DNA of 64,000 nucleotides from an uncultured Candidatus Saccharibacteria bacterium (GCA_964403045.1 CAYOEP010000002.1:2452-66451); one strand, 5' to 3'. Positions 31,853 to 41,960 are shown, numbered from the stretch's first letter. Made by a program: numbers and translations. Notes: generated by a model from the sequence alone, not told the origin.

Positions 31853-32275
31853 TTATTTTCCCTTTACCTTGACCTTAATCGCTTTCTTCTTCGGTTCGCT
31901 CTGTTTCGGCATTACGATCTTGAGCACTCCTTTCTCATAGCTTGCTTCAGTCTTTTCTTCCTTGACAGGAACGGGCAGCTGAATTGCTCGCTCGAACGAC
32001 CCACTGCGAATTTCTTTGCGCCAATAACCTTTCTTTTTCTCTTCTTTCTTTTCTTCAGTCGTGCCGGTAACGTGGAGTACTTGATTTTCCACCGTTACCT
32101 GCACTTTCTCGGGATCGATGTTGGGAAGATTGAGCTCGGCAACTACCTCCTTGTCGGTTTCGTAGAGGTTCATTGCCGGCTCGAAAAGTTTTGTTTTCGG
32201 TATGACAGGCAAGAACCAGTCATCGTCCTCGAAGAAGCGATCAAGGTCAAGAGGTCTCCATGGAATAAGCGGCAT
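31853..32275 (-). CDS. Hsp20/alpha-crystallin small heat-shock protein
   Basis: PAMNLYET, EIRSGSFERAIQLP, ASYEKGVLKIVMPK. Confidence 0.93.
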   Translation of the reverse strand: MPLIPWRPLDLDRFFEDDDWFLPVIPKTKLFEPAMNLYETDKEVVAELNLPNIDPEKVQVTVENQVLHVTGTTEEKKEEKKKGYWRKEIRSGSFERAIQLPVPVKEEKTEASYEKGVLKIVMPKQSEPKKKAIKVKVKGK

Positions 32276-32345
32276 AGGCAAATGATTTCCTGCACATGCG
32301 ACCTTTTCATTTTTTATTATACCACGTTTGTCAAGTCCTTGCGGC

Positions 32346-32492
32346 AGAAAACAAAACACAGGAGCGTTCTCCTGTGTTTGGAAAAGAAAATTGCGCGATG
32401 GGGGATACTCTGCCGCTACAGGGAAGGTGGGGGTATGGGGTTTGGCATCGGGGGAGAAGTGCAGCACCCCCCATCGCGCATTGGAAGGCCTA
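32346..32492 (-). ncRNA. Array unit A sRNA (18-bp stem, 53-nt C-rich loop, terminator)
   Basis: TTGACG-18-TATACT (32527..32498); arms 32392-32409/32463-32480; terminator 32354-32379. Confidence 0.7.
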
Positions 32493-32539
32493 GCAAAAGT
32501 ATAGAACAAAAACTAAATATTCGTCAAGAATTTGTTGGG

Positions 32540-32713
32540 GAAAAAGAGAAGCGCAGGGAGCTGCGCTTTCTTTGTGGTATTTGTGATTTTAGGGAAAGGG
32601 CGGTGCGACAGAAGAAGCTGGAGGGAAAGTAAAAATAAGTGCCGCGACGTCAAAAAACCTGAAAGGCATTGATGTGCTTCTGCCGCACCGCCGCAACAAA
32701 AAATAGAAAATCT
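32540..32713 (-). ncRNA. Array unit B sRNA (16-bp stem, 62-nt loop with UUUCCCUCCA, terminator)
   Basis: TTGACA-17-AATAAT (32748..32720); arms 32599-32614/32677-32692; terminator 32549-32568. Confidence 0.7.
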
Positions 32714-32747
32714 ATTTTCATTATTGCAGTTTTGTGGTTGATTGTCA

Positions 32748-32881
32748 AATAGAAATCACACACAGCGGTAGCTGTGTGTGATTGAAAATGGTGTGGCACA
32801 GGCGGGAATGCTGGGCCGAGAAACGAAATGGAAGGGAGAACACCAACGGGCTTTGTTTCCCGCCCGTGCCACTGTAGAGCT
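32748..32881 (-). ncRNA. Array unit C sRNA (16-bp stem, 48-nt loop with UCUCCCUUCCAU, terminator)
   Basis: TTGCAA-17-TATAAT (32916..32888); arms 32793-32808/32857-32872; terminator 32754-32783. Confidence 0.7.
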
Positions 32882-32966
32882 GCAAGTATTATAGCGCTAG
32901 GTTGGAATTTTTGCAAGTCCTTGTTGTGAAATTGTGGTTGGCTGCTACAATTTGCGGGGAATAGCA

Positions 32967-34970
32967 ATGAATAGAGGGCATAGCTTTCGTATCAGGAGTA
33001 AATTTTTGCCGAAAGGTGATCAACCAAAAGCAATCCGCGCCCTTGTACGTGGCTTACGGCGCGGCTTTCGGCATCAGACACTCCTCGGGGTGACAGGAAG
33101 CGGCAAGACATTCACTATTGCCAATGTTATTGCAAAGGTGCAGCGCCCGACGCTTGTCATTGCCCACAATAAGACGCTCGCCGCGCAGCTCTGCAACGAG
33201 TTCCGCGAACTTTTCCCGGACAACGCGGTGCACTATTTTGTGTCGTACTACGATTACTATCAGCCGGAAGCATACCTTCCTGCGACGGATACTTACATTG
33301 GCAAAGAGGCGATGATCAATGAGGAAATTGACCGTCTCCGCCATGCAGCAACAGCGGCGCTCCTCACACGGCGTGATGTGATTGTAGTGGCGTCTGTCTC
33401 CTGTATTTACGGGCTGGGGGCACCTGAAGTGTATCGCGAGGAACTTATTGCGGTTCACGAGGGCGATACGATAGAACGCGCTTCATTTTCGCGTCGTCTT
33501 GTAGGGCTGCAGTTCCAGCGAGTGACGGTGGGGCTGCGCCGTGGCACCTTCCGGCTCCGCGGCGATACATGGGAAATTATGCCGCCCGACAAGGAGCGCA
33601 TTTACCGTATCCATGTCCGCCTTGGAAAGGTACGGGAGATTTATGAGGTAGACCCCGTCGTTGGTTTTCGAGAAGGGAAAACGCCGCGGCTTCGGGAAAT
33701 CGTTATTGCTCCCGCACGCCACTTTGTAACCCGCCCGGTGGATCGGGAACGCGCCCTCAAGGCAATAGAGCGTGAGCTTGCCGCCCGCCTCCGCTATTTC
33801 ACGAGGAAGGGGAAATATCTCGAAGCAGAACGCTTGGAGCGGAGAACAAAATTTGATCTCGCAATGATGCGCGAGGTGGGTTATTGTCACGGTATAGAGA
33901 ATTACTCCCGCCACTTGTCGGGGCGAAAGGCAGGAGAGCCGCCCGATACTCTCCTTTCCTATTTCCCTCCTGATTTTCTTACCGTGATTGACGAGTCGCA
34001 TATTACCATCCCGCAGCTTCGCGGGATGTATGAAGGGGATCTTTCCCGAAAAAAGACGCTCGTGGAATATGGGTTCCGGCTTCCCTCTGCGCTGGATAAT
34101 CGCCCCCTTACCTTCAAAGAATTTGAAGCACGGGTGGGGCAGGTTATCTATACTTCCGCGACGCCGGGCCCCTATGAACTTCGCAAAAGCGCGCAGGTAG
34201 TGGAGCAAATTATTCGTCCGACAGGGCTGGTGGACCCCGAAGTTATCATTCGTCCTGCCAAGGGGCAAGTAGACGACCTTGTGGGGAGAATTCAAGAACG
34301 CGTGGCGCAGAATGATCGGGTGCTCGTTACCACACTGACTAAGCGGATGGCGGAGGAGTTGAGCGAGTATCTCGCGGATCAAGGCATTAAGGTCACCTAC
34401 CTCCACAGTGATATTAAGACATTGGAACGGGTGCGCATCCTCACAGATTTTCGGCGGGGGAAATTTACAGTGCTTGTCGGAGTTAATCTCCTCCGCGAAG
34501 GCCTTGATCTCCCTGAAGTTTCTCTTGTCGCGATTTTGGATGCTGATAAAGAAGGGTTTCTCAGGAACGAAACTTCGCTCATTCAAACAATCGGCCGTGC
34601 GGCACGGAACGTGCGGGGCACGGTGGTTCTGTATGCTGATTACGAAACTGCATCCCTCAAGAAGGCGGTGGCAGAAACACGGCGGCGGCGGAAACTGCAG
34701 ATTGCTTATAACAAGAAGCACGGCATTACCCCCGCGACAATCCAGAAAGAAATCCGCGATATTATGGGAGAAGAGAAGCGGGAGGCGCTTGCCCGCGCAA
34801 CTGCTGCATTGGAGCTTGCGCCCGCCAAGCGTATTCCTCTCAAGGAATTGATTCGCCAAAAGGAAGAAGAAATGAAACGCGCGGCGGAGGCGCTGGATTT
34901 TGAGCTCGCTGCAATTTTGCGGGACGAAATTCGGGAACTGAAAAGAACGGGGAGCCGGGCGCGGAAATAA
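32967..34970 (+). CDS. uvrB: Excinuclease ABC subunit B
   Basis: GVTGSGKT, FVSYYDYYQPEAY, DESH, NLLREGLDLPEV. Confidence 0.99.
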   Translation: MNRGHSFRIRSKFLPKGDQPKAIRALVRGLRRGFRHQTLLGVTGSGKTFTIANVIAKVQRPTLVIAHNKTLAAQLCNEFRELFPDNAVHYFVSYYDYYQPEAYLPATDTYIGKEAMINEEIDRLRHAATAALLTRRDVIVVASVSCIYGLGAPEVYREELIAVHEGDTIERASFSRRLVGLQFQRVTVGLRRGTFRLRGDTWEIMPPDKERIYRIHVRLGKVREIYEVDPVVGFREGKTPRLREIVIAPARHFVTRPVDRERALKAIERELAARLRYFTRKGKYLEAERLERRTKFDLAMMREVGYCHGIENYSRHLSGRKAGEPPDTLLSYFPPDFLTVIDESHITIPQLRGMYEGDLSRKKTLVEYGFRLPSALDNRPLTFKEFEARVGQVIYTSATPGPYELRKSAQVVEQIIRPTGLVDPEVIIRPAKGQVDDLVGRIQERVAQNDRVLVTTLTKRMAEELSEYLADQGIKVTYLHSDIKTLERVRILTDFRRGKFTVLVGVNLLREGLDLPEVSLVAILDADKEGFLRNETSLIQTIGRAARNVRGTVVLYADYETASLKKAVAETRRRRKLQIAYNKKHGITPATIQKEIRDIMGEEKREALARATAALELAPAKRIPLKELIRQKEEEMKRAAEALDFELAAILRDEIRELKRTGSRARK

Positions 34971-35066
34971 CCCAGAGAGGTTGCCTTGCGGCGCGGGGCG
35001 TCGTACAATGCAGGGCATCACCCCCTAGAAGCAAGTGGAGAGGGGGCAATTGTAGTGGGAAGAATT

Positions 35067-37595
35067 ATGATGCTGCAAGAGCAACGCAATAAGATTGTGA
35101 TTAAGGGTGCCCGGGAGCATAATTTGAAAAATGTGCACCTAGAGTTGCCCCGCGACAAGATGATTGTGTTTACGGGATTGTCCGGTTCAGGGAAATCTTC
35201 GCTCGCCTTCGACACGATTTTTGCGGAGGGGCAGCGGAGATATATTGAATCGCTTTCCGCCTACGCACGGCAGTTTTTGGGAAAAATGGACAAGCCGGAC
35301 GTGGATGAAATTGAGGGGCTTTCCCCTGCAATTTCTATTGACCAAAAGAGTCATTCGTCAAATCCGAGATCTACAGTCGCGACTATCACGGAGATTTATG
35401 ACTATTTACGGGTACTCTATGCCCGTGCGGGAACGCCTCATTGCCCTACCTGCGGAAAGGAAATTCGCAAGATGGCCGCCTCTGAGATGGTGGATGCCAC
35501 GATCCAGTTCCTTCGCCGCCATCGTCATAGCAAAGAAGTTATAGTGCTGGCGCCTGCGGTGCGGGGGAGGAAGGGCGAGTATTACCAACTGCTCTATGAC
35601 TTTCTCAACGCGGGATTTTCTGAAGTGCGTGTGGATGGAAAGTTTTATTCATTGCGCCACCGTATTCCTCTAGACAGATACAGGCTCCACACCATTGAGT
35701 TAGTAGTGGATCGGCTTCCTGCGGACCTTGATTTTCGTGCAAGAGACAGCCGCCTCCGCGTGGCGGAGGCCGTGGAAACAGCATTGCGGTATGGAAATGA
35801 TGCTGTACTACTTGTTGCAGGGCGTGATGAGCATACAATGTCTGCGCGCTTTTCCTGTCCTGATGACCATGTTGCCTTTCCCGAAATTGAGCCGCGCCTT
35901 TTTTCTTTCAACAGCCCGTATGGGGCGTGCGAATTTTGCCATGGCATTGGCACGGAGAGTGTGTGGTCTGAGAAGCCCTGCACGCATTGTGCAGGGAAAC
36001 GTCTACGCCCGGAGGCGTTAAGCGTATTACTCGCAGGAAAAAATATTGCGTCTGTAACGGAACTTTCCATCGAGCGAGCATTACAGTTTTTCTCCTCGCT
36101 CCACTTTCGGGAGAAGAGTGTGCGGGAAATTGTAGAGGTGCCGGTGCGGGAAATTTTACACCGGCTGCAGTTCATGGTTGATGTGGGGCTGGACTACCTC
36201 ACGCTCGACCGTAAGGCGGGGACGCTTTCCGGTGGCGAGGCGCAGCGCATCCGCTTGGCGTCACAGTTGGGGTCGCGGCTGGTGGGTGCGCTCTATGTAT
36301 TAGATGAGCCGACGATAGGGTTGCACCAGCGCGATAACGCGAAACTCATCCAGACATTGAAAGAGCTCCGCGACTTGGGGAATACCATCATTGTGGTAGA
36401 GCATGATGAGGAAACAATCCGCGCGGCGGACTATCTTGTCGACATTGGGCCCGGCGCAGGGCGGCATGGGGGGGAAATCGTGGCAACGGGGGAAATTCCC
36501 CGCATATTCCGCGAGCGGCATCCTCGTTCGCTAACTCTTGCCTATTTGCGCGGCGATCGGCGTATTGAGGTGCCGGCGCAGCGCAGGCGTGTGGCAGGGC
36601 ACCATGATATGATTAGGATTCGCGGCGCAGAGGCGCACAATTTACAGAAAATCAATGTGGATATTCCGTTGCGGAGGTTCACGGTGGTGACCGGCGTCTC
36701 GGGCTCTGGCAAAAGCTCCCTTGTCTACGACGTTCTCTATAAGAATCTCGCAAAGCGTCTCCATGGGGCTGGATTTCGCCCCGGCAAAGTGCAGGCAATC
36801 TTGGGGACAGAATACCTCAATCGGGTGATTAACATTGACCAGTCGCCAATCGGGAGAACGCCGCGTTCCAATCCTGCCACCTACATTGGCGTGTGGACTT
36901 ATATCCGCGAGTTGTTCGCGGCTACTGAGGAGGCGCGGGTGCGCGGTTATAAGCCGGGAAGGTTCAGCTTTAATGTGAAGGGAGGGAGGTGTGAACATTG
37001 CGAGGGGCACGGCATTATCACGGTAGAGATGCATTTTCTTCCCGCGGTGCATGTGGTATGCGAAATTTGCGGTGGCAAGCGTTTTGACAGAGAGACATTG
37101 GAAGTTACCTACCGAGGAAAAAATATTTATGAGGTACTGGAAATGACAGTAGAAGAAGCATTGCAATTTTTCGGTGACGTACCCCACATTGCGGAGCGCC
37201 TCCGTGTACTCTATGAAGTAGGGCTTGGCTACCTGACGCTAGGTCAGTCTGCACCCACGCTCTCCGGCGGCGAGGCGCAGCGTGTGAAGCTGTCTGCGGA
37301 ACTTGGGAAGCCAGACACGCGCAAGACGCTCTACCTTTTGGATGAGCCAACTACAGGGTTGCACTTTGCGGATGTGGCGCAATTACTCGCGGTGCTTCAA
37401 CGTTTGGTGGATCGTGGCAATACTGTGGTGGTGATTGAGCATAACCTCGATGTGATTAAAAGTGCGGACTGGGTCATTGACTTGGGTCCGGAAGGAGGTA
37501 CGCGGGGCGGCAAGGTTGTTGCCTGCGGCACGCCGGAAGAAATTGCCCGAAAAAAGGGAAGCCATACGGGAAAATATCTCCGGAAAGTGCTGTAG
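35067..37595 (+). CDS. uvrA: Excinuclease ABC subunit A (insertion domain absent)
   Basis: [18 protein letters not shown], two [16 protein letters not shown]. Confidence 0.98.
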   Translation: MMLQEQRNKIVIKGAREHNLKNVHLELPRDKMIVFTGLSGSGKSSLAFDTIFAEGQRRYIESLSAYARQFLGKMDKPDVDEIEGLSPAISIDQKSHSSNPRSTVATITEIYDYLRVLYARAGTPHCPTCGKEIRKMAASEMVDATIQFLRRHRHSKEVIVLAPAVRGRKGEYYQLLYDFLNAGFSEVRVDGKFYSLRHRIPLDRYRLHTIELVVDRLPADLDFRARDSRLRVAEAVETALRYGNDAVLLVAGRDEHTMSARFSCPDDHVAFPEIEPRLFSFNSPYGACEFCHGIGTESVWSEKPCTHCAGKRLRPEALSVLLAGKNIASVTELSIERALQFFSSLHFREKSVREIVEVPVREILHRLQFMVDVGLDYLTLDRKAGTLSGGEAQRIRLASQLGSRLVGALYVLDEPTIGLHQRDNAKLIQTLKELRDLGNTIIVVEHDEETIRAADYLVDIGPGAGRHGGEIVATGEIPRIFRERHPRSLTLAYLRGDRRIEVPAQRRRVAGHHDMIRIRGAEAHNLQKINVDIPLRRFTVVTGVSGSGKSSLVYDVLYKNLAKRLHGAGFRPGKVQAILGTEYLNRVINIDQSPIGRTPRSNPATYIGVWTYIRELFAATEEARVRGYKPGRFSFNVKGGRCEHCEGHGIITVEMHFLPAVHVVCEICGGKRFDRETLEVTYRGKNIYEVLEMTVEEALQFFGDVPHIAERLRVLYEVGLGYLTLGQSAPTLSGGEAQRVKLSAELGKPDTRKTLYLLDEPTTGLHFADVAQLLAVLQRLVDRGNTVVVIEHNLDVIKSADWVIDLGPEGGTRGGKVVACGTPEEIARKKGSHTGKYLRKVL

Positions 37596-37729
37596 GCATC
37601 TTCCCTTGACAGGAAAATGAGGGGTATGCTACAAATTGCCTTGCCGATGCAGGCAGGGTAATCGGCCGCTTGGCTCTTGTTTCAGTCACTGCGCCTGCAT
37701 TGAAAGGTCGGTTCCATTGCACTGCACGT

Positions 37730-37837
37730 ATGGATTACGAGAAAGATCTCCGCGTCTTTGCTCAGGACGGCGAGCCGGAAGGCGGCGATGCGCCGCAGGG
37801 CGAAGAGGCAGGAACTGAAGGAGAGGCAAACGCGTAA
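37730..37837 (+). CDS. Putative 35-aa acidic peptide MDYEKDLRVFAQDGEPEGGDAPQGEEAGTEGEANA
   Basis: Own promoter TTGACA(37606)-18-TACAAA, AAAGGTCG motif 19 nt upstream, terminator directly after. Confidence 0.6.
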   Translation: MDYEKDLRVFAQDGEPEGGDAPQGEEAGTEGEANA

Positions 37838-37845
37838 CTCCTTCG

Positions 37846-37878
37846 AAGCCCCCCTTTGCGGGGGGCTTTGTTTTTTTT
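37846..37878 (+). terminator. Rho-independent terminator
   Basis: aagcccccc/ggggggctt plus long T-run. Confidence 0.85.
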
Positions 37879-37887
37879 AGAAAAACG

Positions 37888-39114
37888 ATGCCGAACGAAG
37901 TGGAACGGGCTCAATACCAACTCCTTCCCCAGTGCCCCGGCGTTTATCTGATGCGGGATGCCCGCCGGCGGGTGCTCTATGTGGGGAAGGCGGTCAACTT
38001 GCGCCGACGCGTGGCGAGCTATTTTCAGCGCACCCACGATCCTCGCCTTACCGCAATGGTGGAGAAAGTGCGCAAGGTTGCTTTTGTGGCGACCGATTCA
38101 GCGGTGGAGGCGCTTCTCCTCGAGGCAGCACTGATTAAAAAGTACCAGCCTCCCTACAACATTAAAGAGAAAGATGACAAGAGCTTTCTGTATATTGAAA
38201 TTACCGATGAGCCTTTCCCGCGTGTGCTCCTTGTCCGCGGCACCGCGCCGCCGCGGGGTGAGCGCTTTGGTCCTTTTACCTCTGCCCATACGGTCAGGAA
38301 CGCCCTGCGCCTTCTAAGAAAGATATTCCCTTTCCACACCCATCCGCCGCGCAGGGTGGGGAAGGGAGGCAGGCCTTGCTTAGAATACGAACTTGGCTTG
38401 TGTCCAGGGACGTGCGCGGGCGCGGTTTCGGCGTGCGAGTACCGCACCACAATCCGCAATTTGAAACTTTTTCTTTTGGGAAAAAAAGACAAGGTACTGC
38501 GCTTGCTCGCGCGTGAGATGGAACGTGCTAGCAAGGAGCTGCGTTTTGAAGATGCGGCGCGGATAAGGAAGCAAATTTTTGCCTTGCGGCATATTCAGGA
38601 TGCTGCCCTCATTGATCGCTCGTTTCTCGGCGAAGAGGAAAGCGCCCCGCCGGTGCGCGTTGAGGGATACGATATTTCGAACATATCCGGGCGGAGTGCG
38701 GTAGGGTCAATGGTCGTGTTCCGCAACGGGGAGCCTGCCAAGAGCGAGTATCGGAAATTCCGTATCAGGACAGTGGCAGGCGCGAATGACACTGCGATGC
38801 TTGCCGAGGTACTGCGCCGCCGCCTCGCGCACCATTGGCCGCTCCCCATGCTCATCCTCGTGGACGGTGGCATTGCGCAGGTGAATGCCGCGCGGCGGGC
38901 ATTGGAGGAAGCAGGGGTGCGGGTGCCTGTGGTGGGAATGGCGAAAGGAAGGGACCGCAAGGGTACTACCATAGTGGGGAAAGTCCCTGCAGGCATCTCC
39001 CATGCGCTTCTCGTGCGGGTGCGGGATGAGGCGCACCGGTTTGCTGTCAGCTATCACCGCCGGCTGCGCTCGCGGACAATGCTTGGCAACTCGGATGCTG
39101 GGAAGAGAAAATAA
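37888..39114 (+). CDS. uvrC: Excinuclease ABC subunit C (short form)
   Basis: GIY-YIG (PGVYLM...YVGKAVNLRRRV), UVR domain, YDISN, LVDGG, RDEAHRFA. Confidence 0.95.
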   Translation: MPNEVERAQYQLLPQCPGVYLMRDARRRVLYVGKAVNLRRRVASYFQRTHDPRLTAMVEKVRKVAFVATDSAVEALLLEAALIKKYQPPYNIKEKDDKSFLYIEITDEPFPRVLLVRGTAPPRGERFGPFTSAHTVRNALRLLRKIFPFHTHPPRRVGKGGRPCLEYELGLCPGTCAGAVSACEYRTTIRNLKLFLLGKKDKVLRLLAREMERASKELRFEDAARIRKQIFALRHIQDAALIDRSFLGEEESAPPVRVEGYDISNISGRSAVGSMVVFRNGEPAKSEYRKFRIRTVAGANDTAMLAEVLRRRLAHHWPLPMLILVDGGIAQVNAARRALEEAGVRVPVVGMAKGRDRKGTTIVGKVPAGISHALLVRVRDEAHRFAVSYHRRLRSRTMLGNSDAGKRK

Positions 39115-39132
39115 TTTGATACAATGGGGATA

Positions 39133-39393
39133 ATGCAGGACACCTTGTACTCCCTCCCGCAAGTCTCACTCACCTCCGCGCAGCTTGTCGCCGCGGTTTC
39201 TCCTTGGTATCTCGCGCTTGCGTTTGCGCTTGTCCTTGCGCTGTTCGTTTTCTTTACAATCGTATTGCGCTACCACTGGAAGCATTACGCGCTCAATCCG
39301 CGCGCTGCGAAGTTGGCATCACGTATTTATATGACAGGATCTGCGATCCTGTTGGTCGCTGCGGTAGTAGTGTTTGTTCTCTATAGCATATGA
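39133..39393 (+). CDS. Small two-TM membrane protein
   Basis: Hydrophobic helices around LRYHWKHY. Confidence 0.7.
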   Translation: MQDTLYSLPQVSLTSAQLVAAVSPWYLALAFALVLALFVFFTIVLRYHWKHYALNPRAAKLASRIYMTGSAILLVAAVVVFVLYSI

Positions 39394-39920
39394 TTGGGGT
39401 GCGGCTGGAGAAAGGGGAAAAAGTTATCGCCGGGGTGCGGCGGCATTGGTTTGCGTTCTTTCTGCAGGTGATTGCGCTCGCGGTTGCCGCGCTGGTTCCT
39501 CTGCCGCTCTTTTTCGTCGCCGCGGCACTCCACCTTCTTGCCGCGCCCAAGGTATGGCTGCTGCTTTTCTTTTTTGCCGTGCTGCTGTGGCTGCTGCTGT
39601 GGATCCTTTTCTTTGTGGCATGGACGAACTACTACCTCGATATGTGGATTATTACTGACCGTAGGATTGTCGATATTGAGCAGAAAAGCCTTTTCCACCG
39701 CGAGGCTTCCGAGTGCTTCATCGAGCGTATTCAGGATATTAAAGTGGAGATGCATGGTATTCTCGCGGCGATTTTAGGGTTTGGCGACATTTCTATTCAG
39801 ACGGCGGGAACCGCCCGCGAGTTTCTGCTACGCCAAGTGTCCCGCCCCGGTGATGTCAAGGAGCTCATTATGCGGCTCTACCAGCAGTCCCGCGATAAGG
39901 GGAGGGGAACTGCGCGATAA
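39390..39920 (+). CDS. Membrane protein with bacterial PH domain
   Basis: RRHW, two TMs, WIITDRRIVDI, FGDISIQTAG. Confidence 0.85.
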   Translation: MIGVRLEKGEKVIAGVRRHWFAFFLQVIALAVAALVPLPLFFVAAALHLLAAPKVWLLLFFFAVLLWLLLWILFFVAWTNYYLDMWIITDRRIVDIEQKSLFHREASECFIERIQDIKVEMHGILAAILGFGDISIQTAGTAREFLLRQVSRPGDVKELIMRLYQQSRDKGRGTAR

Positions 39921-39934
39921 AACACTAAAAGACG

Positions 39935-40693
39935 ATGCGGCACGCTTTTCGTACGACATTTCCAGGCGGCATTGTTGCAGAATTTGTTCCCCCCGCCCGT
40001 CCCTCGCGGAAAGTTGTGGTGCTGTGCGGGGGATTTCCCTCTTTACCGGCGGTGCGGACGCCCCTCTCTCTTTTCGCCCGGCGCGGCTACTGGGCATTCG
40101 CCCCGCGCTATCGGGGATCGTGGGAGAGTAAGGGAAAGTTTCTCGCGCGTTCTCCCGAAGAGGACATCGCCATCCTCCTCCGCGCCATTGCCCGGGAGAG
40201 CTTTTCGGAGGCATGGGGAGGGACAACATTTCGGGTGTCGCGCCCCATCTTCTTTGTAGTGGGGTCAAGTTTTGGCGGCGCCGCGGCGATTTTGCTTGCC
40301 CGGCGCTCTGAGGTTGTGCGGGTGGCAGCACTTTCCCCAGTAGTGGACTGGAAAAGCGTGGGAAAGGCAGAGCCACTCTCGGCAATGGAACGATTTGTGC
40401 GGGAGGGATTTGGCGCGGCGTATCGGATTGCGCCGGGTGCGTGGGAAAAACTCCGCCGCGGGGATTTCTACAGTCCCGCTGCTGCCGCGCGCGAGATTCC
40501 CGGCGAGAAAGTTTGCATACTCCACGCGCGCGATGACGAGATAGTGCCATGGCGCCCCGTCGCTTCCTTCGCGCGCAGGACAGGAAGCAGACTTGCCCTG
40601 TACGCGCGGGGAGGGCATTTTGGCCTCTCGCACCTTGGGAAGCGCAAGCGCTTGCGCGATCGGACACTGCGGTTTTTGCGTTTCGGAAGATAA
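39935..40693 (+). CDS. Alpha/beta hydrolase (S9-like)
   Basis: YRGSWES, GSSFGG, ILHARDD, GGH. Confidence 0.82.
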   Translation: MRHAFRTTFPGGIVAEFVPPARPSRKVVVLCGGFPSLPAVRTPLSLFARRGYWAFAPRYRGSWESKGKFLARSPEEDIAILLRAIARESFSEAWGGTTFRVSRPIFFVVGSSFGGAAAILLARRSEVVRVAALSPVVDWKSVGKAEPLSAMERFVREGFGAAYRIAPGAWEKLRRGDFYSPAAAAREIPGEKVCILHARDDEIVPWRPVASFARRTGSRLALYARGGHFGLSHLGKRKRLRDRTLRFLRFGR

Positions 40694-40713
40694 CAAGGTA
40701 GGATGAGACGGCA

Positions 40714-41019
40714 ATGGAGGCGTGGGAATATGAAATTGACATAAAAAAGATCGCGGGATTTCCCAGCGCAAAGTTCCGCGTGACGGTGAAGGGGGAAACG
40801 CGGACTGTCCACGAAGTATCGCTTTCTGAGGAATACTACCGGTCGCTTGGCGAAGGGGAAGTGCCGCCGGAGAAGCTCATTTTGTTTTCTTTCCAATTCC
40901 TTCTCCGCCGCGAGCCGAATACTGCAATACTTTCCCAGTTTTCGCTTTCAGATATCGCTCGCTATTTTCCCGAGTATGAAAAGGTAGTGCGTACCGCAAT
41001 TGCGCGCGGGGAGTTATGA
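40714..41019 (+). CDS. Conserved-looking hypothetical protein
   Basis: SFQFLLRREP..IL..F.L..I.RYFPEYE; coupled to the next gene by ATGA. Confidence 0.75.
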   Translation: MEAWEYEIDIKKIAGFPSAKFRVTVKGETRTVHEVSLSEEYYRSLGEGEVPPEKLILFSFQFLLRREPNTAILSQFSLSDIARYFPEYEKVVRTAIARGEL

Positions 41020-41675
41020 TGGGTATTGATATCATCACTCTCCTCAAGGCGGTAGGCTATGCGGGCGTGTTCGGAATTGTCTTCGCGGAATCGGGGGTGC
41101 TTGTCGGCTTTTTTCTTCCCGGCGACAGCCTGCTTTTTACCGCGGGCCTGCTCGGCGCGCAGGGATTTTTTAATATTTGGGTGTTGCTTGTCGTGGTGTT
41201 ACCCGCGGCGATTCTTGGCGACAACGCGGGGTACGCTTTTGGGCGGAAAGTGGGGCCGCTCATTTTTCGCCGCGAGGATTCGCTGTTGTTCCACCGCGAC
41301 CATCTGGAGCGTGCGCGGCGCTTCTATGAACGGTACGGTGGCAAGGCACTCGTGCTCGCGCGCTTCCTGCCGGTGGTGCGGACGTTCGTTCCTATCCTTG
41401 CAGGTGTGGGGAAGATGCACTACACGGCGTTCGTGCGGTACAACTTTCTTGGAGGAGTGCTGTGGGGAGGGGGAGTAACGCTCGCGGGATTTTTCCTCGG
41501 CAGGGCGATTCCTGATATTGACCGCTATCTTCTCCCAATTGTTGTGGTGATTATTGTTGCCTCCTTCCTGCCGCAGGCGATTTACCTCTCCCGGGGGAAG
41601 CGGTACCAGCGCGTGGCGCGCTCTGTTACAAAAAGAACTTCCCTCCTCTCCCAGCGAGGCAGGACAGACACTTAA
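41016..41675 (+). CDS. DedA/VTT family membrane protein
   Basis: FAESG..FFLPGDSLLF, ARFLPVVRTF. Confidence 0.95.
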   Translation: MMGIDIITLLKAVGYAGVFGIVFAESGVLVGFFLPGDSLLFTAGLLGAQGFFNIWVLLVVVLPAAILGDNAGYAFGRKVGPLIFRREDSLLFHRDHLERARRFYERYGGKALVLARFLPVVRTFVPILAGVGKMHYTAFVRYNFLGGVLWGGGVTLAGFFLGRAIPDIDRYLLPIVVVIIVASFLPQAIYLSRGKRYQRVARSVTKRTSLLSQRGRTDT

Positions 41676-41724
41676 CATATAACATTGCACAAACAGACTC
41701 CTGAGAAAGGAGGGAGAAGGAAGC

Positions 41725-41898
41725 GTGACTTTCGAGAGTAATAGGATGTCTTGGGATTGCAGGAGGAATGCTCTTCTTGGGGTATGCAAGGTGTGCGAGA
41801 CTGTCGGAGGTATAGATTCTTGCCCTGTTGGGCGAGGTGCGATATTCGAAAGGATTATTCTCATTCTCTTCCACATAGTTAGGGAGAGAGTGAGATAG
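41725..41898 (+). other. Putative 57-aa Cys-containing sORF or GGA-rich ncRNA
   Basis: GTG start after AAAGGAGG; CxxC plus hydrophobic tail; hairpins and T-run to 41936. Confidence 0.35.
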
Positions 41899-41960
41899 AG
41901 AATGGGCGTGCCCCCACCGGCGTGCCTTTTTGTTTTGCCGCGTACGGCTATAATGGGGGC

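Noticed and set aside
32276-32509. N-terminal extension of Hsp20 in the ORF track
   Set aside because: It crosses a terminator and sRNA unit A; the real start is the ATG at 32275.
32346-32916. CRISPR or TIGR array
   Set aside because: No direct repeats or box C/D-like periodic motifs; units share structure only; no cas or Nop-domain gene in the window.
37762-37800. SRP RNA-like CAGG...CCGGAAGG
   Set aside because: Spacing and the AGCAG element do not fit, and the segment reads as part of a coherent small ORF.
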